A program made the translations under genes and the position numbers. The notes below the pieces were generated by a model, which saw nothing but the letters and a program-made list of their open reading frames with translations, was not told the DNA's origin and made no database searches. From IMG/VR virus record IMGVR_UViG_3300045988_176028: a DNA stretch of 64,000 nt, one strand, 5' to 3'. Numbering within the stretch: the first letter of the stretch is position 1; each line of letters starts with the position of its first letter. Positions 17,717-24,326 of the stretch are shown here, piece by piece. The stretch is from a virus.

Positions 17717-17847
17717 AAAAATTCAAACAAAATACCTAACAAAGAATAAGCCGGTGTTTCGCCACTCCCACCGGCGAGGAGCTGTTCACACAAAGACGCG
17801 GAGTAGGAGAAGGGTGGAGAGAAAAACACCCGTAGACTCCGCTTTTT
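17681..17847 (+). ncRNA. degenerate terminal repeat plus structured tail (alternative tracrRNA candidate B, or array trailer)
   Basis: The last 20 nt of the repeat are retained exactly (AATACGACATATATTCAAAC). They are followed by an A-rich linker, the hairpin GCCGGTG...CACCGGC, a GCTGTTCACACAAAG motif fragment, and the terminator hairpin GCGGAGT...ACTCCGC plus TTTTT (17798-17847). Confidence 0.3.
17798..17847 (+). terminator. intrinsic terminator downstream of the CRISPR array
   Basis: GCGGAGT-(loop with inner stem GGGTG/CACCC)-ACTCCGC followed by TTTTTG. Confidence 0.6.
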
Positions 17848-18053
17848 GTTTGGCGTTTGACATGGCTTGGTTGTTTCCCATCAGTGAGTTCATGTCGTGA
17901 ACACTGGCATGTATGCGTGAGTCAAGAGGGTGCAAGGCATACGGCTTGCTGACAGTCCTTCATGGATTTCAGGATTGTCGTCCATCGCGCATGTGAGAGT
18001 CATGCCATGGATTGTCCCACGAGCTTTAGGGGTATAAAAAGTGTGGGACTTTG

Positions 18054-18125
18054 TGCGGGAGACGAGATTCGAACTCGCGATACTTGCTTGGAGGGCAAGG
18101 GTGATGACCTTTTCACTACTCCCGC
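18054..18125 (-). tRNA. tRNA-Gly (anticodon UCC), non-canonical C33
   Basis: Hand-folded cloverleaf. Acceptor GCGGGAG/CTCCCGC, T-arm GCGAG-TTCGAAT-CTCGT, anticodon arm CTTGC-CCTCCAA-GCAAG. CCA is not encoded. Confidence 0.7.
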
Positions 18126-18244
18126 AATAGGAGGGGATGGATTGTGTTTGCGGGCTGGAAAGCACTACATGCAGAGAAAAAATGTTTACGACCATTCCAA
18201 ACTATTATGGGATGGAAGACTCGCAATCAGAAACCCATTCCCAG

Positions 18245-18332
18245 CGGAGTCGGAGGGATTCGAACCCTCGAACCGTATGAAACGGTTAACACCTTAGCAG
18301 GGTGCCCCTATCGGCCACTCAGGCACGACTCC
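18245..18332 (-). tRNA. tRNA-Ser (anticodon GCU), long variable arm
   Basis: Acceptor GGAGTCG/CGACTCC, anticodon loop CTGCTAA, variable arm AACCGTTTCATACGGTT, T-arm GAGGG-TTCGAAT-CCCTC. Confidence 0.8.
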
Positions 18333-18371
18333 GAAGTTTCGACACGCCAAAAACAGCCGGTCGAAACTTAG

Positions 18372-18442
18372 CTCCCCATGATGGACTCGAACCACCTCTA
18401 AAGGTTCCAAAGACCCGTGTGCTGCCATTACACTAATGGGGA
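18372..18442 (-). tRNA. tRNA-Gln (anticodon UUG)
   Basis: U1:A72 with G73 discriminator, as in bacterial tRNA-Gln. Anticodon loop CTTTGGA, T-arm GGTGG-TTCGAGT-CCATC. One mismatch at the top of the anticodon stem. Confidence 0.7.
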
Positions 18443-18474
18443 ATGTGCAGACCGTTTTGACGGCCCGCGAATAA

Positions 18475-19320
18475 TTATTTGGATTTTGAAATCAGCTTGT
18501 CAATGTCCGCGCCCAACTGCCTTAACTGGGCGAAAGAGTTGGCGACGTTGTTTTGCGCCGTTTCCTCTCTCTGCTGAGCGGCTTCCATCAGCTTCTTGCT
18601 GTTCGCATCCAATTCGGCGGCATGCTGTTCAGCCTTCTTGGTTCGGAGGTCGATTTCCTGTGACGCCTTGTCCAAACGGTTGACTGCGTCAGCTTCCGCC
18701 TTGCTGATAATCTGTTCGGCTTGTTTCTTGGCCGCGTCCAACTGGATGGCAACCTTATCGTCGGTTTCCTTTTTCAGTTTGGCGCATTCCTGTTCAAGCT
18801 TCTGCTTCTTATCCTGTGCGGCGGTCATCATCTGTCTGGTGGTTTCCGTCGCGGAGTCGAGCCGCTTCTGGGATTCATCCTTGGCCTGTTGGAGAATCTG
18901 TTCGGCTTGCGTGCGGGCCTGTTCCAGCTCCTCACGTTTCTTCGACTCGTAAGTGTTTTTCAACGTTTGGAATTCTTTGCCGAGGCTGGTGCCTAATTCC
19001 TGCATCGGGTTTTCCGACGCTTGACGGGCGTCCTGCAAGTCGGCGTTCAACCGTTCAATCTGCTGGCGGAGGGATTCAGCTTCCTGCTCCCGTTTGCCGA
19101 GTTCGGATTGACGCTTGTCCAAGACCATGTTTTTTTCCGTTAACTGGCGTTGCAGATTCCAAATCTGTGTTTCCAACCCGTTCACGTACTGTTCAACGGA
19201 ATCCTTGCGATAACCGTTGAATCCGGTGGGGAGGTTGAGTGGTTGTACCTGTGGCTGGGTCATTCCTTCCACGGTGAGAGCGTGGGAGGAGATGACCCGT
19301 GTTTCATCAGACATGGTCAT
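18475..19320 (-). CDS. DivIVA-domain coiled-coil protein
   Basis: Start at ATG 19320 (MTMSDETRV...). N-terminal LPTGFNGYRKDSVEQYVNGLETQI matches the DivIVA signature F...RGY....V..F. The rest is a long heptad coiled coil. The longer ORF, which starts at 19713, runs over three tRNA genes and is rejected. Confidence 0.7.
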   Translation of the reverse strand: MTMSDETRVISSHALTVEGMTQPQVQPLNLPTGFNGYRKDSVEQYVNGLETQIWNLQRQLTEKNMVLDKRQSELGKREQEAESLRQQIERLNADLQDARQASENPMQELGTSLGKEFQTLKNTYESKKREELEQARTQAEQILQQAKDESQKRLDSATETTRQMMTAAQDKKQKLEQECAKLKKETDDKVAIQLDAAKKQAEQIISKAEADAVNRLDKASQEIDLRTKKAEQHAAELDANSKKLMEAAQQREETAQNNVANSFAQLRQLGADIDKLISKSK

Positions 19321-19355
19321 TTTGAGTTCCTTCTTTTCTGGTTGAAAAACACGAG

Positions 19356-19428
19356 AGCCTAGAGCGGGGGTCGAACCCGCGACCTTCTGTTCCGGAGACA
19401 GACGCTCTATCCACTGAGCTATCAAGGC
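19356..19428 (-). tRNA. tRNA-Arg (anticodon CCG)
   Basis: D-arm GCTC-AGTGGATA-GAGC, anticodon arm TCTGT-CTCCGGA-ACAGA, T-arm GCGGG-TTCGACC-CCCGC. One U:U mismatch in the acceptor stem. Confidence 0.75.
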
Positions 19429-19485
19429 GATGGGGCGAAACCTATGGGGAATCGCCACTGTAAAGGAAGAACCATTCATGGTTCG

Positions 19486-19568
19486 TGCTTCGGGAGGGAA
19501 TCGAACCCTCACGTCAATATGACAAAGCTTTTTGAGAGCTTCGCGTTTACCTGTTTCGCCACCGAAGC
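19486..19568 (-). tRNA. tRNA-Leu (anticodon CAA), long variable arm
   Basis: Acceptor GCTTCGG/CCGAAGC, anticodon arm AAGCT-CTCAAAA-AGCTT, variable arm GTCATATTGAC, T-arm GAGGG-TTCGATT-CCCTC. Confidence 0.8.
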
Positions 19569-19686
19569 GGGATGAGCCTCCGCAGAGGCTCAGCAGACCG
19601 TTCCCGCGACTGGGCGGGTCGGCTGAAAACTGGAACCGCCATGAGACGGCTCCGAAGCCTTCTCGAACAACCTGTAAGAGAAGTAG

Positions 19687-19757
19687 TATGTCACGCTGGA
19701 ATCGAACCAACATCTACGGTTTTGGAGACCGTGGCTCTACCGTTGAGCTAGTGACAT
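19687..19757 (-). tRNA. tRNA-Trp (anticodon CCA)
   Basis: Acceptor ATGTCAC/GTGACAT, anticodon arm ACGGT-CTCCAAA-ACCGT, T-arm GTTGG-TTCGATT-CCAGC. Confidence 0.75.
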
Positions 19758-20022
19758 ATGGGGTGGGCTACCAACGTAGACGCCACCCTCTCGTTGTCCT
19801 GTAGTTAGCGTCCAAGTCCAACTCGATAGACGCGGCATGGCGGGTTGGATTTTACCGCCAACGGCAAGGTCGTGGGCTGCTAAGTACCCCGTTTCACCGT
19901 TCTTCCCCTTCGGTCATCAACCACCTGATTAAGGCAGGGAAACTCTTATCCTCCACAAGACCATGTAGGATTATTCGAGCAATGCCATCAGTTTCACGGA
20001 CAGCTACCTCCATGAAACCTAG

Positions 20023-20096
20023 CACCCAAGGTTGGAGTCGAACCAACGACGTCCGGTTTAGGAAACCGGCGCTCTATTCCGCTGAGCTACAAGGGT
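20023..20096 (-). tRNA. tRNA-Arg (anticodon CCU), acceptor stem with two U:U mismatches
   Basis: D-arm GCTC-AGCGGAATA-GAGC, anticodon arm CCGGT-TTCCTAA-ACCGG, T-arm GTTGG-TTCGACT-CCAAC. Acceptor ACCCTTG/CTTGGGT pairs at only 5 of 7 positions. Confidence 0.6.
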
Positions 20097-20316
20097 GTAT
20101 GTCTCCGTTCCGCGAGGACACCCGCAACGCGTCTTCCGGATTGGAGTCATTCACATCAGCCGTTCGCTACTTACCATTGTTGCGGGGCAATGGCTTTCTC
20201 TAATGGGATGATGGTGTTTTACGCGCATTCCACGCGGACGCTTTTAATTGCCCATCCAATACGACGAGCCACAGGATTACACTCCCGATTTCCCGCAGTT
20301 ACGCCAACTGCGGTCG

Positions 20317-20389
20317 TGCCCCCCGTGGGATTCGAACCCACAACCCACGACTTAAAAGGACGCTGCTCTAACCATTGAGCTAGAGGGGC
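20317..20389 (-). tRNA. tRNA-Lys (anticodon UUU)
   Basis: Acceptor GCCCCTC/GGGGGGC, D-arm GCTC-AATGGTTA-GAGC, anticodon loop CTTTTAA, T-arm GTGGG-TTCGAAT-CCCAC. One mismatch in the anticodon stem. Confidence 0.75.
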
Positions 20390-20459
20390 GGAACAGGAGG
20401 TGAAGGAACGAAAACCCACCTCCCGCTTGGATTAGTTAAAGGAGAACCATCAAGGTTCG

Positions 20460-20543
20460 TGCTCCGAGAGAGATTTGAACTCTCACACCTTTTCAGGTAA
20501 AGCATTTTGGGTGCTTCGCGTCTACCGATTTCGCCATCAGAGC
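20460..20543 (-). tRNA. second tRNA-Leu-like gene (anticodon CAA), non-canonical C33, long variable arm
   Basis: Acceptor GCTCTGA/TCGGAGC, anticodon arm AAGCA-CCCAAAA-TGCTT, variable arm ACCTGAAAAGGT, T-arm GAGAG-TTCAAAT-CTCTC. Confidence 0.65.
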
Positions 20544-20808
20544 GTCGCGCGATTGAGGGACGTGCGTTTTCGTTCTTACAGAACGACCCATTGATTTTCG
20601 TACCACCCTCCCCGCTTACAAATCAACAAAAGTCAGAGATTGGAGGAAACTGATTTTTTGTTTACAAAGTTTTTCCTTCAAGTTTGGAGAGTCTGTTTTG
20701 CAGGAGTCGCTTAGCACGCACATCAGTTTCCTCTATTTAGAGTTTGGATAAAAGCCCGTAAGGCAATTATCCAAACATTGTTTTGAATACGGTATGCATT
20801 CAAAATCG

Positions 20809-21177
20809 TGGAGCCGGAGGGAATCGAACCCTCGTCCTTGAAAACGTTGATGATGTTTTCTACATGTTTAGCCATCTCATTTATATATGTTGAAAGTTCC
20901 AGTCGAAGAGGCACCCCGGAACAGTTTTGCAACTCAGTCATGAAACGATGAACAGTTGCCGTTCACCGAGTTTTTGCTGTCCTTTCTTTTTCAGAATCGC
21001 CTTACAGCAAATCAGTGACCCTGTTCTTCCTTCACCGTGTTTCAGGCGGCGAGCTGGAAGTTACGCGAAGAATTCGTCTTGGCGTTTATTGTTTGACATG
21101 GATTGATGACGGTTGTCCACGTCAGCCTCCGACATGCTTGCATTATCTTGATTTTCAAGTCGAAACCTGTCGGCCCC
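20809..21177 (-). ncRNA. ssrA: tmRNA (ssrA)
   Basis: 5' end GGGGCCGACAGGTTTCGAC. 3' end GGACGAGGGTTCGATTCCCTCCGGCTCCA. The acceptor stem GGGGCCG/CGGCTCC carries the G3:U70 alanine identity pair. Internal tag frame GCC AAG ACG AAT TCT TCG CGT AAC TTC CAG CTC GCC GCC TGA encodes AKTNSSRNFQLAA plus stop. About 369 nt. Confidence 0.85.
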
Positions 21178-21228
21178 AAAATGCCGTCTTCCTTCCGGTT
21201 TTCCGTCCGAGCTTCCCATAGGTGTGGT

Positions 21229-21318
21229 TCAGAACCAATAGAATGGTTGGCTGGGATTTCCAGCCGGAAGGTTGACAGCGGTTTTGCCTGTCATGGTTTT
21301 GTCTTCAAGCGTTTTCAT
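21229..21318 (-). CDS. possible 29-aa micro-ORF upstream of ssrA
   Basis: AGGAGAAGC-ATG; MKTLEDKTMTGKTAVNLPAGNPSQPFYWF; stop 52 nt before the tmRNA 5' end. No other support. Confidence 0.2.
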   Translation of the reverse strand: MKTLEDKTMTGKTAVNLPAGNPSQPFYWF

Positions 21319-21620
21319 GCTTCTCCTAGAACTTCCAATTGAACTGGTTTTCTGGTTTTGGATAGGCGTGATAGTTCCTGAAGATTCGACCATGATGGGC
21401 AAGTCTTCATATCGAACATGATTTGATGGGCTTTAAGTCCTATCGAACCATGTTTCCTTATCTCTATTCATTTTTCAAACGGGCGGCAACATTCAGGGAG
21501 TGTTCCTTACTGGGTAAGGTCTTTACCCCGGTTGCCTTGGTGACTGTTCCAGTAGCGGGCTGGATATGAGAAGCGGTCTTCTCACAGTCTGTTCGCGCGT
21601 GATGTTTTTATTGAACCTCG

Positions 21621-21643
21621 TTTGTGTGAACACTGCCAGTATA
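21621..21643 (-). promoter_or_regulatory. conserved promoter/operator motif, copy P7 (points toward ssrA and the tRNA cluster)
   Basis: Gene-sense TATACTGGCAGTGTTCACACAAA. There is no ORF of 60 aa or more downstream before ssrA. Confidence 0.55.
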
Positions 21644-21773
21644 GCAGTTCTAGGAAACGTGTCAAATCAGAAACGAAAAACAAGGTTTTCCAAGGCGTGT
21701 CGCCCTCAAAAACCTTCCACACCAGCCTTGGAAACTTGGACAACAACGTCGCTCACAGGCTACACTCCCCTAC

Positions 21774-22046
21774 ATGCAGTCCAAGCAAATACGAGAAGCA
21801 ACCACAGTCGCATATATAGAAGACCAGCTCAAGTCGGAAGACCCCACTCTCATACAGTCGGCCACGGGGAATCTAGCCAGACTGTATGGAATGACCACGC
21901 TCTCCCAACTGACCGGTTTGGCGAGGCCATCCCTCTACCGAAGCCTATGCGGTCAAGGAAACCCATCCTTCCAAACCATGTGCAGGGTATTGGACGCCAT
22001 GGGGTACACAGTCACGGTGAAGCGTAAGGAGACGGAACATGAGTGA
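21774..22046 (+). CDS. HigA/addiction-module-antidote-like HTH protein (no toxin partner seen)
   Basis: 90 aa. ...LARLYGMTTLSQLTGLARPSLYRSLCGQGNPSFQTMCRVLDAMGYTVTV matches the antidote-family pattern (G..R..LY+.L...GNP.F.T...VL.A.G). Overlaps the repA start in ATGAGTGA. Confidence 0.55.
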   Translation: MQSKQIREATTVAYIEDQLKSEDPTLIQSATGNLARLYGMTTLSQLTGLARPSLYRSLCGQGNPSFQTMCRVLDAMGYTVTVKRKETEHE

Positions 22047-23094
22047 CAGGCAAGTGGAACAGAACGCTCTAGACATTGACATACCCGGCATGGAGTTGGA
22101 TGTTCGACGGGTCAACCTGTTGGACGATATAGAAGCCCGCGAGCCGAACAGTATGGAAATATGGTATGGGCATTCCATTCTCACCGCCACACTGTTTCCA
22201 CCAGCCCAACCGTCCGATGATGTGGATTTCGTCAGCAAGTCGAACGGACGGTTGGAATACATGCTTGAAGCTGGCGTGACGGGTGATGGGGATGATAGGA
22301 AACGCCGGTTCCCGTTCGGCAAATATCCGAGACTGTTGATGGCTTGGATGGCTAAGCAGATTCGTGCGGCGAAAGGCCATAAGACGAGGAATGTTGACCC
22401 GGAGACGAAGACCATCACCATTCCAAGCATCTACCAGTTGTGTGAGGAAATGGGATTGCCGCATGGCGGGCGTACCGCGAAGAGCGTGCAGGAACAGTTG
22501 GAACTGTTGTTGGCTTGCCGTATCAGTATTCGCGCGTCCGGCACGGGCAAGGGGTTGAATGTGAGGGATACGGCCTATCTGCCTATCGTTCAGGCCGTGC
22601 GCATTATCAATGATGAGAAGAATGTGGGCTATTCCGGTGCCACGTTCCGTCTGACCGATGAAGTGTATGAACGGTTGAGTCGTGAGTCGGCTCCGTTCGA
22701 TACGAGAGTGTCCACTTACCTTTTGAAAGGCAGGTCGGTCATGCCTTACGACATTTACATTTGGCTGACTGGCAGTATGAAGAATCTTCGCCGTGACCTT
22801 CCGGTGAGTTGGGATTGGCTGTATGAACGGTTCGGAGACCAGATTGCGGTCAAGAAGTCTTTTCGGCGCATGTTCCGTCAATCGTTGGAGAAGGTCAAGA
22901 AGGTGTATCCGGGGTTGAATGTTGAGTGTCCAACGTATGAGGATTACATTATTCTGCATCCGAGTCCCACGTCGGTTCCTACCCGTGCTGTCCGTGAGGT
23001 TGAGGTGGGTGCTAATGGGGATGTGTTCGAGGTGGCTTTGCATTCGTTGCAATCGGTTCAACGGAAAGGTGTACGAAAGGCCACGTCAGATTGA
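22039..23094 (+). CDS. repA: RepA-family plasmid replication initiator (paralog 1)
   Basis: 351 aa. KYPRLLMAWM..., ...YDIYIWLTGSM......VSWDWLYERFG......FRRMFRQSLEKVKKVYPGL follows the RepA C-terminal-domain pattern shared with the two genes at 54.4-56.3 kb. An iteron field starts at its 3' end. Confidence 0.7.
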   Translation: MSDRQVEQNALDIDIPGMELDVRRVNLLDDIEAREPNSMEIWYGHSILTATLFPPAQPSDDVDFVSKSNGRLEYMLEAGVTGDGDDRKRRFPFGKYPRLLMAWMAKQIRAAKGHKTRNVDPETKTITIPSIYQLCEEMGLPHGGRTAKSVQEQLELLLACRISIRASGTGKGLNVRDTAYLPIVQAVRIINDEKNVGYSGATFRLTDEVYERLSRESAPFDTRVSTYLLKGRSVMPYDIYIWLTGSMKNLRRDLPVSWDWLYERFGDQIAVKKSFRRMFRQSLEKVKKVYPGLNVECPTYEDYIILHPSPTSVPTRAVREVEVGANGDVFEVALHSLQSVQRKGVRKATSD

Positions 23095-23519
23095 GTTGAC
23101 CGTGGCCTTTCGGACACCTTGGAGAGTATTGGTGTCTGAAAGGCCATGTGTGGGCGGGTGTCTGCGTGGCTTTTCGGACACCTTTCGCATGGCTTTTCAA
23201 ACACCTCCCAACGGGTTGAACGGTTTCTCGACGTGGCCTTTCACGCACCCTCGTATACGCTACGGATTGCACGCGCCTTTCCAGCTTTAATTTATCCACT
23301 AGTTTTTCGTTGGAATTTCAACCATTCCACACGCTTATCCACATTTCCACAGGCAGAACGTCAAACATTCCGTGGACTAACAGGCACCTTTAGTGGCGTT
23401 TCAAACACCATGACGATTATGAATCATGCCGGACATGGACTATCAAACACCATCAGCATGGACTATCGAACACCCTTTTATGGGGTTTCCGACACCTTTC
23501 CGTGGACTAACAGGCACCT
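23063..23519. repeat. iteron field (about 12 copies of an ~18-bp unit), putative oriV 1
   Basis: Unit is approximately (C/G)RTGGCNTTTC(G/A)(G/A)ACACC. Examples: GTGGCCTTTCGGACACC 23102, GTGGCTTTTCGGACACC 23166, ATGGCTTTTCAAACACC 23189, GTGGCCTTTCACGCACC 23233, GTGGCGTTTCAAACACC 23393, GGACTATCAAACACC 23447, GGACTATCGAACACC 23460, GGGGTTTCCGACACC 23482. Inverted copies at 23063-23087 and 23131-23148. CGTGGACTAACAGGCACCT occurs twice (23371, 23501). Confidence 0.7.
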
Positions 23520-23606
23520 CGCATGGTAGAAAAACCGTTACGGGAGTAAGGCTCAACCGGCATGGTTATATATTATATGCTCATAGTTTCTTATAGTTTC
23601 TTATCA

Positions 23607-23711
23607 GGGGACCCTCGAACCGCCGAAGCGACACTTCGGTAGGCGGGGAACAAGTCCCTTCAGGAAACCCTTGCCGCGAGACAAGGGAATCCCCCGGCTT
23701 CGGCCGTGGGG
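23607..23711 (+). other. GC-rich multi-hairpin element next to oriV 1 (possible structured RNA or DNA element)
   Basis: GGGGA...TCCCC closes two hairpins (CCGCCGAAG..CTTCGG.AGGCGG and CCCTTG-CCGCGAGA-CAAGGG), followed by CGGC-TTCG-GCCG. Preceded by an AT-rich stretch and the tandem repeat ATAGTTTCTT x2. Confidence 0.3.
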
Positions 23712-23771
23712 AGGAAGTCAAAGTTCCGGTTTTCCGAGCCAAGGAATCAACCGGTGCGAAATACTGGAAAC

Positions 23772-24281
23772 ATGAGACTCCTATACAAAATCACAAGCTT
23801 ATATCGCAAAGCCCGTTGGCTCATGTGGCTGGCTGGAATGTTGCCCACCACGCTCATTCCCCTGCTGGGTTACGGAATGCACGCTTTGAACATCGCAAAG
23901 GATAGGCAGGAGTTGGCGACAGATAATCCGGAGCTTGCTTCGGAGGAGACGACTGGCTCCCTATTTGATTGGATGACCGGCGAGACGGTGGGAAGAATCA
24001 TTGGAATCATTACGATTCTTGGCATTATTTTCATCCTACTGTTGATTATATTGCAAATCTTCTCGTTCATTGGTGCCCGAACGTCAGTATCCGGAACAGA
24101 CCATGACACGGCCACCAAGGAGGCCAACCGTAGGCAAGCAGACTTGGGCGAAATGGACGTGGAGCCGAATGATGGGGACGTGGCCTTTCAAACACCTTCC
24201 CAATCGAAGCCAAAAAGGAAAGGCAAGCCGAAACCGGCTCCCGCCACTGAGGGCAACGAGGATGACTGGTTCATCGACTAG
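23772..24281 (+). CDS. hypothetical membrane protein
   Basis: Two predicted TM helices (WLMWLAGMLPTTLIPLLGYG and IIGIITILGIIFILLLIILQIF) and a Lys/Pro-rich tail. The start is uncertain; the ORF track begins at 23706. Confidence 0.4.
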   Translation: MRLLYKITSLYRKARWLMWLAGMLPTTLIPLLGYGMHALNIAKDRQELATDNPELASEETTGSLFDWMTGETVGRIIGIITILGIIFILLLIILQIFSFIGARTSVSGTDHDTATKEANRRQADLGEMDVEPNDGDVAFQTPSQSKPKRKGKPKPAPATEGNEDDWFID

Positions 24282-24326
24282 TCTGAATGGTGTTTAAAAA
24301 GCCACGCGCCGACCGGCTCGTGCGGA

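Noticed and set aside
17647-17829. 60-aa minus-strand ORF across the end of the CRISPR array
   Set aside because: It overlaps the last repeats and the terminator hairpins and has no RBS. It is an artefact of the array trailer.
17893-17915. TCGTGAACACTGGCATGTAT as a degenerate minus-oriented motif copy that could act as the leader promoter for a minus-strand pre-crRNA
   Set aside because: The spacing between the -10-like part and GTTCAC is off by one, and the -10 is poor (ATACAT). It is too weak to annotate, but worth checking if RNA-seq shows minus-strand array transcription.
18475-19713. The full 412-aa ORF extending upstream of the DivIVA-like gene
   Set aside because: The N-terminal 131 codons run across three tRNA genes (Arg, Leu, Trp). 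A good RBS plus ATG at 19320 gives a DivIVA-like N-terminus.
20219-20941. ORFs 20219-20419 (66 aa) and 20723-20941 (72 aa)
   Set aside because: They overlap tRNA-Lys and the 3' domain of the tmRNA respectively. The RNA-gene interpretation explains the sequence conservation features better.
22069-23061. 330-aa minus-strand ORF opposite repA-1, and the 450-aa plus-strand ORF 56319-57671 opposite the nuclease and HTH genes
   Set aside because: Both are antisense to genes with clear family motifs, and their translations are Arg/His/Leu-rich and featureless.
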